DNA from: an uncultured delta proteobacterium
GTDB taxonomy: Bacteria > Myxococcota > Myxococcia > Myxococcales > Myxococcaceae
DNA: 64,000 bases
Assembly (NCBI GenBank): GCA_963771175.1
Contig: CAVYSY010000033.1
Coordinates: 416,001-480,000, forward strand
Direction of reading: 5' to 3'
The position numbers were made by a program, and so were the translations under genes. Below, piece after piece: positions 53,074 through 62,494 of the stretch (position 1 is the first letter of the stretch; each line of letters starts with the position of its first letter). The notes beneath the pieces were generated by a model, which was given only the letters and a program-made list of their open reading frames with translations, was not told the origin of the DNA and did not search any database.

Positions 53074-54987
53074 ATGTCGCCGCCGCGCCGTCCCTCCAAG
53101 CGAGTCCTTCCCACCCTCCTGGTTCTCGCCCTGCTGCTCGCCATCGGTGGGTGGGCCGGGCATGCCTGGCTCCAGGGAGACGCGGTGCGGGCACGGGTGC
53201 TCGCCCGGGTGCGACCGGCCCTGGAGTCCCGACTGGGCCCGGTGCACCTCGGCGACGACTTCCACGTCGGGTGGACCGGGAAGGTGACGCTGGGGCCGGT
53301 GGAGCTTCCGGGCACGCGACCCGAGGACCCTCCCGTGGTGCGCATCTCGCGCGTCACCGTCCGCCTCCGGAGGCTCGCCCTTCTCTCGGGCCGCGTCGAA
53401 GCGAGTCAGGTGGAGCTCGCGGACGTACGGGTGGAGGCCGGGCCGCGAGGGCAGGAGCTGCGAGCCCTCCTCGAGCGGGTGCGCGAGGCACACCAGGCCC
53501 GGCGTCCGGCCCCATCGGCGGACGGGGGCACCGCTCGCGCACTGCCCGAGCTGGTGCTGAAGGACGTACACCTGGCCTTCGAGCGCCACGGCCGCGTGGA
53601 GTGGGGCCCGCTCGCGGCCCGGGTACGGGTGGAGGGCACGGGGGAGGCACCGCGGTTGGAAGCCACGGCCGAGCTGCCCGGTGGTGGAAGCGCGGAGCTG
53701 TCGCTCCAGCGCACGGAGTCGGGTCCCTCTGGGACACTCCGGGCGCGCAATGTCCCGGTGGGCCCGTTGCTGTCGCTCGCGCAACCCCCGTGGCGCCTGG
53801 AGGGTGGCACGCTGGAGGGAGAGCTGCGGGCGGATGCCTCGGGAGCCACCTTCTCCTGGGCGATGACAGGTCTCTCCGTGGCCACCCCACAGCTCGCCCC
53901 CGAGCCGGTGGGCCCCCTCGCCTTCTCGGCCAAGGGCCAGGTGAGTTGGGACCTGGAACGCCGGCACCTGGCGCTCGAGTCCCTGAGTCTGACGGTAGGT
54001 GAGCGCCGCGAGGCGCGCGTCGAGGTTCATGGCGAGGCCACCTGGAGCGAGGCACCCCACTTCTCGCTTCAAGCGGAGCTGCAACCCCTCTCGTTCGAGC
54101 AGGCGATGGCGGCACTCCCCGCCGCCCTGGTGCCCGGCACCGAGCTGGCGCGGCTGGAGGGCCATTTCCAGGCCTCGCTGTCGCTCTCCGGTCCGGTCCA
54201 CCGGCGCCGGGACTGGGAGGTGAAGGCGAAGCTGGATCTGGGCGAGCTGAAGCGCTCGGCCCGAGCAGGGCCCCTGGCCTGGCTGCGCGAGCCTTTCGAC
54301 TACCGGCCGCTGACGACCGAGGGCCGCGGGCGGGAGCTGCGCATCGGTCCGAGCAACTCCTCCTACGTGCCATTGGCCGAGCTCCCTCACCCGCTGGTCC
54401 GCGCGGTGCTGCGCAGCGAGGACGCGGCGTTCTGGATTCACCGGGGCTTCGACTTCGACTCGCTGCGGGGCATCCTGCTGGCGCCCGAGGACGACAAGGT
54501 GCGCGGGGGCTCCACCCTCACCCAGCAGCTCGCGAAGAACCTCTTCTTGTCTCGGGAGAAGACGTACGCGCGCAAGGTGAAGGAGGCCCTCCTCACACTG
54601 GGGCTGGAGGCCTCGGTGCCGAAGGAGCGGCTGCTCGAGGTGTACTTCAACATCATCGAGTGGGGCCCCGACCTCTACGGCATCGGCGAGGCGGCGCGGC
54701 ACTACTTCGACAAGGATGCGCGCGAGCTGAGCATCCAGGAGTCTGCCTTCCTCGCCACCATCATCCCCAACCCGGTGCGCTACCACGTGTACTGCAACCG
54801 GGGGGTGCTCTCCGATATCTGGAAGAAGAACATGGATGGCCTGCTGGCGGTGCTGTACGCGGGAGGCGACATCACCGAGACGGAGTACCAGGAGGCACTC
54901 ACCGCGCCGCTCGCCTTCGCCGGCCACCACGGCTCGCAGCAGCCCTCCGATGAGGCGTCGCTGAGCGATCATTCCGAGAGCAACTGA
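53074..54987 (+). CDS. Monofunctional peptidoglycan transglycosylase (GT51) with large N-terminal beta domain
   Basis: SEDAAF..H.G, GGSTLTQQLAKNLFL, RKVKE, LEVYFN; no transpeptidase domain seen. Confidence 0.88.
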   Translation: MSPPRRPSKRVLPTLLVLALLLAIGGWAGHAWLQGDAVRARVLARVRPALESRLGPVHLGDDFHVGWTGKVTLGPVELPGTRPEDPPVVRISRVTVRLRRLALLSGRVEASQVELADVRVEAGPRGQELRALLERVREAHQARRPAPSADGGTARALPELVLKDVHLAFERHGRVEWGPLAARVRVEGTGEAPRLEATAELPGGGSAELSLQRTESGPSGTLRARNVPVGPLLSLAQPPWRLEGGTLEGELRADASGATFSWAMTGLSVATPQLAPEPVGPLAFSAKGQVSWDLERRHLALESLSLTVGERREARVEVHGEATWSEAPHFSLQAELQPLSFEQAMAALPAALVPGTELARLEGHFQASLSLSGPVHRRRDWEVKAKLDLGELKRSARAGPLAWLREPFDYRPLTTEGRGRELRIGPSNSSYVPLAELPHPLVRAVLRSEDAAFWIHRGFDFDSLRGILLAPEDDKVRGGSTLTQQLAKNLFLSREKTYARKVKEALLTLGLEASVPKERLLEVYFNIIEWGPDLYGIGEAARHYFDKDARELSIQESAFLATIIPNPVRYHVYCNRGVLSDIWKKNMDGLLAVLYAGGDITETEYQEALTAPLAFAGHHGSQQPSDEASLSDHSESN

Positions 54988-55002
54988 CCGGGCGCGACCC
55001 GG

Positions 55003-55204
55003 GTGCATTCCACTCCTCATCGATGAGCAGCGGAATGTCCCCCTCCCGTTTCACTCCTCATCGATGAGCAGCGGAATGTCCCCCTCCCGTTTCACTCCTC
55101 ATCGATGAGCAGCGGAATGTCCCCCTCCCGTTTCACTCCTCATCGATGAGCAGCGGAATGTCCCCCTCCCGTTTCACTCCTCATCGATGAGCAGTGGAAT
55201 GCAC
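55003..55204. repeat. 41-bp tandem repeat (4 full + 1 partial copy) with palindromic core, bounded by a 12-bp inverted repeat
   Basis: Unit CACTCCTCATCGATGAGCAGCGGAATGTCCCCCTCCCGTTT starts at 55011, 55052, 55093, 55134 and partially at 55175. Core CTCATCGATGAG is a perfect palindrome. Ends are GTGCATTCCACT (55003-55014) and AGTGGAATGCAC (55193-55204). Confidence 0.97.
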
Positions 55205-55298
55205 GCAGTGTCTCCCGCCGCGGACGGTCCCTCCGAGCAGTGAGATTCCTTTTCGTCCCTCCCAATACGTAAGTGAGCGAATCCACATGATTGCCCCT

Positions 55299-55314
55299 TG
55301 GCCCTCGAATTGCT
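55299..55314 (+). promoter_or_regulatory. Candidate sigma-54 (-24/-12) promoter
   Basis: TGGCCCTCGAATTGCT versus consensus TGGCAC-N5-TTGCW; about 50 bp upstream of the 55366 ATG, which has an AGGGGG RBS. Confidence 0.6.
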
Positions 55315-55365
55315 TGACGCCGGCCAGCCGCAATCCGCGGCTCCACCTCAACAGGGGGGCAAATC

Positions 55366-56046
55366 ATGGAAGAGACGAACGGAAGCACCACCACGCCCAC
55401 GCTGACGCTCCAGCAGGCACTGGACTCCATCCTCGAATACCTGGAGCAGGGCAACGCCGGTCACTACAAGATCGGGTTGCGCTACAACTACATCGTGGAC
55501 AACGAGCTGGCGGACAAGAACGGGTATGAGAGCGCCCAGCAGTTCTTCAGTCAGCACGTCAAGGCACTCTCGCAGGCGACGCTGACCCGGTATGGCGCCG
55601 TGGCCCGGGACTTCACCGAGGAGGCGTGCACGAAGTACGGGGTGACAAACCTGAGCGCCCTGCGCGCCTACGCGGCCGTGGCCGACCTCCAGCCCGAGAG
55701 CGGTGACCCGGGCCCCACGCCCATCGACGTGCCCCAGAAAAATGGAGGCCTCGTGGTGCGGAAGCTCTTCTCCGAGTGCAGCGTGGAGGAGCTGAAGCTG
55801 GCCGTGAAGAACAAGCGCCAGCCTTCCCGAGCCACCATGCCCACGCCGGACGCGGCCCGCATCGCGCTCATGCGTGAAAGCCTCTTGCGCTACTTCGCCA
55901 AGGGCACCCGCGTGCAACTCAAGACGAGCGTCCAGCGCGGCAACACCCTCGTCACGATTCAGGGCGTGCCCCTGAAGGACATGGAGCGCCTCATGGAGGC
56001 CCTCATGGATGGCCTCATGCCCCCGCCCGTGCGCGCGGTGGGATGA
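55366..56046 (+). CDS. Hypothetical myxobacterial protein, possible N-terminal HTH DNA-binding domain
   Basis: HYKIGLRYNYIVDNELA..GYESAQQFF....LSQATLTRYGAVA pattern; good RBS and codon bias. Confidence 0.7.
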   Translation: MEETNGSTTTPTLTLQQALDSILEYLEQGNAGHYKIGLRYNYIVDNELADKNGYESAQQFFSQHVKALSQATLTRYGAVARDFTEEACTKYGVTNLSALRAYAAVADLQPESGDPGPTPIDVPQKNGGLVVRKLFSECSVEELKLAVKNKRQPSRATMPTPDAARIALMRESLLRYFAKGTRVQLKTSVQRGNTLVTIQGVPLKDMERLMEALMDGLMPPPVRAVG

Positions 56047-56064
56047 GCCCCGAGGGCTCGGGGC
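56047..56064. terminator. GC hairpin between convergent genes
   Basis: GCCCCGA-GGGC-TCGGGGC immediately after the 56046 stop. Confidence 0.45.
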
Positions 56065-56073
56065 ACGGGCTGC

Positions 56074-57297
56074 TCACCCCTCCGCGCGTAGCGTGAGGAT
56101 GGACACCTCGGCCGGCACGCCGAGCCGGAACGGCAGCCAGTGCCCCGTGCCTCCCGACACGTAAAGCTGGCTCTCTCCATGCCGGTAGCGGCCCAGCATG
56201 TAGTCGAAGGCGAACCGGAACAACGGTATGCCGAGGAACGCCACCTGCCCGCCGTGCGTGTGGCCGGCGAGCGTGAGCCTCGCGCCCCGCTCCACCGCGA
56301 GCGGGAAGAAGTCCGGGTGGTGCGACAGGCAGAGCACCACCTCTTCCGGAGACGTCTCCCGAAAGGCGACCTCCGCGGAGCGCCGCATGCGCTCCCCCTT
56401 CACCTTCATGCTCCGCCCGCTCATGGGGTAGTCCACGCCCACCACACGCACCCGCTGCCCGGCGTGCTCCAGCACATGCGCCTCGTCCACCAGCAGGCGG
56501 ACCGGACTCCCTCGACGCGCGCTCGCCGAGTACGCATCCAGAATCGGCGGCAGGCCGCGCCAGTGCTCGTGGTTGCCCAGGATGGCGAGCATCCCGTGCG
56601 GCGCCTGGCACTTCTCCAGTGCGGCCATCGTTCCGTCGAGTTGCTCGAGATCGTCGATCAGATCCCCCGTCATCACCTGGAGGTCCACCCGCGCCTTGTT
56701 CATCGCCTCCACCGAGGCGCGCACGTATTCGGTGTCGATGAACGTGCCGACATGGATGTCCGTGATCTGACCGATCCGGAAGCCATCGAGCGCCCGTGGC
56801 AGGCCACGCAGCCGCACCTCCACCTCGCGCACCTCGAAGCCGGAGGAACCGGCCACGATGCCCGCGGAGCTCGTCCCCGCCGCCAGCACCGGCAACGCAC
56901 GGCCCACACCGACGAGCAGATTCCGTCGTTCCATGTTGACTCCTGGCGCCGCCACGAGGGACGGGCCGCCCTTGTCCACCTGGACCGCCGGGAGCAGACC
57001 CGACCGGGCCCGCTCGCCGCGCCCGCGTAGAAGCGCGAGGGGCCACCCGAGGAGCATCACCAGCCCCATCGCGATGAGCCAGCCCGAGCCGAACAGCTTC
57101 AGGGGCATGCCCACCATCGGCAGCACGCCGTGGTTGCCGAGCCCGAGCGCCAGCGGGAGGGCGAAGGCCACCACCGAGAGCCCCGACATTCCGAGAAACG
57201 CATGGCGGCGCCACCCTTCACGGAGGCTGGGCCACAACCGACGCAGGACGAAGTACGCGCCCACGTTCACGAGGGCCAAGAAGAAGAGTCTTCCCAT
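56074..57297 (-). CDS. Membrane-anchored metallophosphoesterase (YkuE/YaeI-like)
   Basis: TDIH, TGDLID, GNHEH, LSHHP, AGHTHGGQ; N-terminal TM helices. Confidence 0.92.
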   Translation of the reverse strand: MGRLFFLALVNVGAYFVLRRLWPSLREGWRRHAFLGMSGLSVVAFALPLALGLGNHGVLPMVGMPLKLFGSGWLIAMGLVMLLGWPLALLRGRGERARSGLLPAVQVDKGGPSLVAAPGVNMERRNLLVGVGRALPVLAAGTSSAGIVAGSSGFEVREVEVRLRGLPRALDGFRIGQITDIHVGTFIDTEYVRASVEAMNKARVDLQVMTGDLIDDLEQLDGTMAALEKCQAPHGMLAILGNHEHWRGLPPILDAYSASARRGSPVRLLVDEAHVLEHAGQRVRVVGVDYPMSGRSMKVKGERMRRSAEVAFRETSPEEVVLCLSHHPDFFPLAVERGARLTLAGHTHGGQVAFLGIPLFRFAFDYMLGRYRHGESQLYVSGGTGHWLPFRLGVPAEVSILTLRAEG

Positions 57298-57438
57298 TCC
57301 GGCCACTGCATAACAAAGCGGACACCTGGATGCCGGCTGAACGCAAGCCCGTCCTCCAGGCGGGCCTTCGCTCGAGGGAGAGCCCTCCGCTCCTGGGGAG
57401 CCTTGGACCGTCTCCCCACGTGTGTAACGGTGGGACAC

Positions 57439-58020
57439 ATGAGCCAGCAGGACGAGAGCGGGGCCCGGGCCCTGCGCGAGCGGTACCGGGAGCTGACCGC
57501 CAAGGTGGATGCCTTCTTCACCCGCGTGCAATCCCGCTACGGGAGCGCCATGCAGTGCAAGGCGGGTTGTACCGCCTGCTGCCATGTGCGGCTGTCCGTC
57601 ACCGCGCTCGAGGCCAGCATCATCCGCGACGGCCTCGCCGGGCTCTCGGCCGAGGAGCGGACTCGGCTGGCCCACCGGGCGAAGCACGGAGCTCCGGGAG
57701 CCTGCCCGGCGCTCGAGGCGGATGGGCGTTGCGCCATCTACGCCTGGCGCCCCCTGGTGTGTCGCTCGCACGGGGTGCCCATCCGACACCGGGAGCCGGA
57801 TGGCGCGGCGGCCGTCTCCGCGTGCGAGAAGAACTTCGAGGGCGGAGCCGCGCTGCCCGAGGTGTCCCCGGACTGTGTGCTCGATCAGGTCACCCTGTCC
57901 ACGATGCTGGGGGCGCTGGACGCGGCCTACGCGGACACGCAAGGGACGCAGCGCGGCAGGCGTTTCCAGCTCGATGACCTGCTCGCGGAGCCTCTCCAGT
58001 CTCCTGGGCAGGCCCAATAG
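57439..58020 (+). CDS. YkgJ-family cysteine-cluster (CxxxCxxCC) protein
   Basis: CKAGCTACC, CPAL..GRCAIYAWRPLVCRSHG. Confidence 0.85.
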   Translation: MSQQDESGARALRERYRELTAKVDAFFTRVQSRYGSAMQCKAGCTACCHVRLSVTALEASIIRDGLAGLSAEERTRLAHRAKHGAPGACPALEADGRCAIYAWRPLVCRSHGVPIRHREPDGAAAVSACEKNFEGGAALPEVSPDCVLDQVTLSTMLGALDAAYADTQGTQRGRRFQLDDLLAEPLQSPGQAQ

Positions 58021-58035
58021 CGGTATCCTGGGGGC

Positions 58036-58353
58036 ATGCCGAACAGCCTGCTCGTCGTCCACGTCCACGTCCACGTCAAGCCCGAGTCGGTCGAGGCCTT
58101 CCGCGAGGCCACCCTGGCCAACGCCCGCGAGAGCGTGAAGGAGCCGGGCATCGCTCGCTTCGACGTCATCCAGGACACCGAGGACCCGACGCGCTTCGTG
58201 CTGGTCGAGGTCTACCGGACGCCCCAGGCGCCGGCCGCCCACAAGGAGACGGCGCACTACCTGACGTGGCGCGACACGGTGGCGCCGATGATGGCCGAGC
58301 CGCGCACCAGCCGGAAGTACGTCAACCGCTTCCCCGACGACGCGGGCTGGTGA
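58036..58353 (+). CDS. Antibiotic biosynthesis monooxygenase-fold protein (LsrG-like)
   Basis: [33 protein letters not shown]. Confidence 0.88.
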   Translation: MPNSLLVVHVHVHVKPESVEAFREATLANARESVKEPGIARFDVIQDTEDPTRFVLVEVYRTPQAPAAHKETAHYLTWRDTVAPMMAEPRTSRKYVNRFPDDAGW

Positions 58354-58354
58354 C

Positions 58355-59519
58355 ATGGGTGTGAGTGGCTTCGAGTTCGCCACCGCCACGCGCATCGTCT
58401 TCGGGGCGGGCCGCCTGGCCGAGGCCCCCGAGGCGGTGCGGGCCCTGGGCGGCCGCAGGTGCTCCTCGTCACCGGCCGCGACCCCGACGCGCGCCGAGCC
58501 GCTGCGCGAGGGACTCGCCCGGCTGGGGCTCCCCAGCGTCACCTTCGCGGTGGAGGGCGAGCCCACCGTGGAGCTGGCACGGGAGGGCACCGCCGCCGCC
58601 GTTGCCGACGCTGCGACGCGGTGGTGGCCTTCGGCGGCGGCAGCGCGCTCGACGCGGGCAAGGCCATCGCCGCGCTGGCCGCCAACGGCGGCGACCCGCT
58701 CGACTACCTGGAGGTGGTCGGCCGGGGCAGGCGCTGACGAAGCCCTCGCTGCCGTTCGTGGCCATTCCCACCACCGCGGGCACCGGCTCCGAGGTGACGC
58801 GCAACGCGGTGCTGGCGTCGCAGGACGCCCAGGTCAAGGCGAGCCTGCGCAGCCCGCTCATGCTGCCGCGGCTGGCCCTCGTCGATCCCGACCTGCTGAC
58901 GGGCGCGCCTCCCGCGGTGCTGGCCTCCAGCGGGCTGGACGCGCTCTCGCAGCTCATCGAGCCCTTCCTCTCGGCCCGCGCCAACCCGCTCACCGACGCG
59001 CTGGCCCGCGAGGGACTGGGCCGCTCGGCACGCTCGCTGCGCCGCGCGGTGCTGGAGGGGCCCGACGCGGCGGCGCGCGAGGACCTGGCGCTCGCGAGCC
59101 TCTTCGGCGGCCTGTGTCTGGCCAACGCGGGCCTGGGCGCGGTGCACGGCTTCGCGGCGCCGGTGGGCGGCATGTTCGACGCGCCCCATGGCGCGGTCTG
59201 CGCGGCGCTGCTCCCCGCCACACTGGAGGTGAACCTGCGCGCACTGCGGGCCCGGGCGCCAGCGCACCCCGCGCTGCCCCGCTTCCAGGAGGTGGCGGCG
59301 CTGCTCACCGGGCGCGCGGAGGCGCGGGCCGAGGACGGCATCGCCTGGGTGAAGGAGCTCTGCCAGTCGCTGGCCGTGCCGGGCCTGGGGCGCTACGGAT
59401 TGACGGAGGCGGACGTGCCACGGCTCGTGGCTCGGGCGAAAGCAGCCAGCAGCATGAAGGGCAACCCCTTGGCGCTCACGGACGAGGAGCTCACGGAGAT
59501 CGCTGTCCGCTCGCGGTGA
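58355..59519 (+). CDS. Iron-containing alcohol dehydrogenase, several frameshifts in 58450-58730
   Basis: [51 protein letters not shown]. Confidence 0.9.
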
Positions 59520-59530
59520 GGGAAAACGGT

Positions 59531-59755
59531 ATGGCCAACAGGATCAGTCGGATCACCTCCTTCGTCGAAAAGCGCCGGCTCGGCTTCGGTGTCGCGCGGC
59601 TCATCATGATGAGCGGCGTGAATGTCCGCAGCTTCGGGCCGAATGATCCGGACCCACCCGACGCCCTGAAGCGTCTGGAGCAGGTGCTTCCCCAAATCCT
59701 CTCGGCACCGGAGCTGAGGGAGCTCGCCAACCTTCTTTCGGAGGCAGGAACATGA
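59531..59755 (+). CDS. Small hypothetical protein (74 aa), translationally coupled to the FIST gene
   Basis: GAGGG RBS; ATGA overlap with the next gene. Confidence 0.6.
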   Translation: MANRISRITSFVEKRRLGFGVARLIMMSGVNVRSFGPNDPDPPDALKRLEQVLPQILSAPELRELANLLSEAGT

Positions 59756-60940
59756 CCGTCGCGATTGGAGTCGGGTACGGAGATGCCGCGGATGCGGTGA
59801 AGGCCGTCCAGGCAGCGGTGGAGCAGGCGCGGGCGCAACTCGGAGGAGTCCCCGCCCAGGCGGCCTACATCACCTCCACGGTGGACCACGAGGCCACGCG
59901 TGTCCACGCCGCCTTCCAGGAGGCGCTGGCCGGGGTGCCTCTGCACGGGGTGACCACGTCGCTGGGCGTCCTCACGCCGGACGGAGTGCGCAACGAGGGC
60001 CATGGCGCGGTGGCGGTGATGCTGGTGGGCGGCGCACCGGGGACGGCCTTCGTGGCCTCCTCCCTGGAGGCGGAAGGGCGCCGGGCTGGTGAGGCCGCGG
60101 CGCGGGAGCTGGTGCGGAAGGCCGGCGGGAAGATGCCGCGGATGATCCTCTTCAACGCCTCGCCCGGCGAGGAGGAGGCGATGCTGACGGGCATCGCGAG
60201 CGTGTGCCCGGAGGTGCCGTGCCAGGGGGGCAGCGCCGCGGACCATGCCATCGCCGGTCAGTGGAGCGTCTTCACACAGGAGGGCCCGGTACCCACGGGC
60301 GTGTCGCTGCTGGGCATCTTCGGCGAGGGGCGGGTGGGGACGGCGCTGTCCACGCCCTACAGCCCCACGGGCGAGCGCGCCCGAGCCACGGGGACACAGG
60401 GTCGCACCCTGCTGACTCTGAATGGCCAGCCCGCCGCGCAGGTGCTGGGGCGCTGGCTGGAGGGAGCCATCGATCACCAGGTGCACTCGGGCGGCAACAT
60501 CCTGGCGCAGACGGCACTGCGGCCCATCGCCGTGCGCCGTGACGTGGGCAGCCGGACCCACTACGTGACAGTGCACCCGGCCCAGGTCCACGCGGAGCTG
60601 GGAGCGGTGGACATCTTCGCCCGCATCGAGCCGGATGACGAGGTGTGCCTGATGACCGGCACCGCCGAGGGTCTCGTGGCCGAGGTGGCTCACCTCATCG
60701 ACATGGCGCTGGCGCACGGCAACCTGACGACTCGGGATGTGAAGGGCGCGACGCTCATCTTCTGCGCAGGGTGCGCGGGCGCGTTGGGGCCTCGCATCGA
60801 CGAGGGCCTGCGAACCTTCTCCGCGACTGCTGCCGGGCGTGCCCGTGCTGGGACTGTGTACCTTCGGCGAGCAGGGCCACATCCCGGGCCTGGGCAACGT
60901 CCACCAGGACCTGTCGCTCAGCCTCACGCTGTTCGCCTGA
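59752..60940 (+). CDS. FIST-domain protein, frameshift near 60825
   Basis: GGSAAD, LNGQPAA, FCAGC; the C-terminal GLCTFGEQG...SLTLFA lies in another frame ending at TGA 60938-60940. Confidence 0.85.
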
Positions 60941-61138
60941 CCGACCCCACGGTCCGTCCGAGCCGGGCAGGGCCTGGGCTGACCACGAGTCAAGCCCTCC
61001 GCCCATGCGGTGGAAGCACCCGAATTCGAAGAGTCCGTAAATCTCCGCCTCGGGTGCCGCACGGCCCGTCATATGGGTGCACCGCGCGTTGCACACCCAA
61101 CCCCGCGGGGGCCATCCGCGCTATATCTCCCTGCGTCC

Positions 61139-61969
61139 ATGGCCCGTTGGTCTCCCGTGTCCTTCCTCCCCGCGCTGGTGGCGCTCACCACGAGCGCCTG
61201 CGCGTGGATTCCCCCCGCGGAGCCCGACATGCTCCCGGCTCCGACGGAGGAGGCGCCCGCCCCCCCGGAGCCCTCGGCGTGTCTGACGGCCCCCATCGTG
61301 ACGAATGGAAGCCGGCACCGGATGCGGCTCGCGCTCACCTTCGACGCCTGCTCCACGCGCCATAACGAGTACGACGAGCGTGTCATCCGCACGCTGCTGG
61401 AGACCTCGACGCCGGCCACGCTCTTCCTCGGCGGCGGCTGGTCCCTGGCCAACCCGGATCGCGTCCAGGAGCTCGCGCAGTACCCGGACTTCGAGTTCGG
61501 CAACCACACCTTCTCGCATCCGCACATGCCCCAGGTGAAGGACGACCGGAGGGTGGTGGAGGAGCTGCAGCGCACCCAGCGTGTCGTGTACGACCTGACG
61601 GGCCGCATCCCCAGGTACTTCCGCCCGCCCTTCGGCGAGGTGGACAGGCGCGTCGCCTGGCTCGCGTCCCAGGCGGCCCTCACCACCATCAACTACGACC
61701 TGCCCTCGGGCGACCCGGACGAGACCATCACGCCGAAGCGGCTGGTGGACTGGGTGCTGAAGAAGGCGAGCCCCGGCGGCATCGTGGTGATGCACATGAA
61801 CCACAAGCGCTTCCCCACCGCCGCGGCCCTGCCGGACGTCATCAAGGGGCTACGCAAGCGCGGCTTCGAGCTCGTCACGGTGGGCACGCTGCTCGAGGAC
61901 ACGAGCTGGCCCACGTGCCAGCCCACCCTGGAGCCCGAGCGTCCCGTGGTGGCGGAAGTCATCCCCTGA
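61139..61969 (+). CDS. Polysaccharide deacetylase (NodB domain) lipoprotein
   Basis: Lipobox TSAC; LTFDA, ATLF, NHTFSH, FRPPFG, VVMH. Confidence 0.9.
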   Translation: MARWSPVSFLPALVALTTSACAWIPPAEPDMLPAPTEEAPAPPEPSACLTAPIVTNGSRHRMRLALTFDACSTRHNEYDERVIRTLLETSTPATLFLGGGWSLANPDRVQELAQYPDFEFGNHTFSHPHMPQVKDDRRVVEELQRTQRVVYDLTGRIPRYFRPPFGEVDRRVAWLASQAALTTINYDLPSGDPDETITPKRLVDWVLKKASPGGIVVMHMNHKRFPTAAALPDVIKGLRKRGFELVTVGTLLEDTSWPTCQPTLEPERPVVAEVIP

Positions 61970-62429
61970 CGCGCGGCTTCCAGAAGACGAGCTCCGCGAC
62001 ACCCGGGACGGCGAATCCCGGGAGCTGGCCCACCTGCCGGTACCCGTGCCGCTGGTAGAAGCGCTGCGCGCCCTCGTTGAAGTCCGAGGTGAGCAGGAAG
62101 AAGCCTCCGGGCGGGTCTCCACACCCGGCCTCGTAGGCAGCGAGGAGCTGGGCTCCCAGGCCCGAGCCGTGACGATCCTCCCGGATGGCGAGCGTGCGCA
62201 GGTAGGCGCCCGTGCCGAAGGTGCCCCGGGTGAGGAACCAGCACACGCCCACCGGACCGCTCTCGTCGGTGGCCATGAGCAGCCCCTCCCCTCGCTCGAG
62301 CGCGCCGCGGAAGCGGGCCGCCAGGGCCGTGGCGTCCAGGCCATAGGCCTTGAAGAGAGGGAGCGGCGCCAGCGCGGTGGCCAGCGCCGGCAGGTCCTCG
62401 GGGGTGGCGGGGCGGATGACGGCGGGCAT
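61959..62429 (-). CDS. GNAT family N-acetyltransferase
   Basis: HGSGLGAQLL; N..AQRFY.RHGY. Confidence 0.88.
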   Translation of the reverse strand: MPAVIRPATPEDLPALATALAPLPLFKAYGLDATALAARFRGALERGEGLLMATDESGPVGVCWFLTRGTFGTGAYLRTLAIREDRHGSGLGAQLLAAYEAGCGDPPGGFFLLTSDFNEGAQRFYQRHGYRQVGQLPGFAVPGVAELVFWKPRVRG

Positions 62430-62494
62430 GAAATCCTCTCGAAGCGCTGGGGCTCCGGGAGATTGGACCGGAGCGCCGCGCCACACAACCCAAC

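Noticed and set aside
55011..55200. CRISPR array interpretation of the palindromic repeats
   Set aside because: The sequences between palindromes are identical rather than unique spacers, the period is only 41 bp, and there are no cas genes in the window.
55140..55529. Short ORFs overlapping the repeat array and promoter (55140..55454 -, 55194..55529 +)
   Set aside because: They overlap the better-supported 55366 gene and promoter and carry no motifs; the 41-bp unit is not a multiple of 3.
58057..58077. GTCCAC x3 microsatellite
   Set aside because: Encodes VHVHVHV, an ordinary beta-strand of the ABM fold; no evidence of phase variation.
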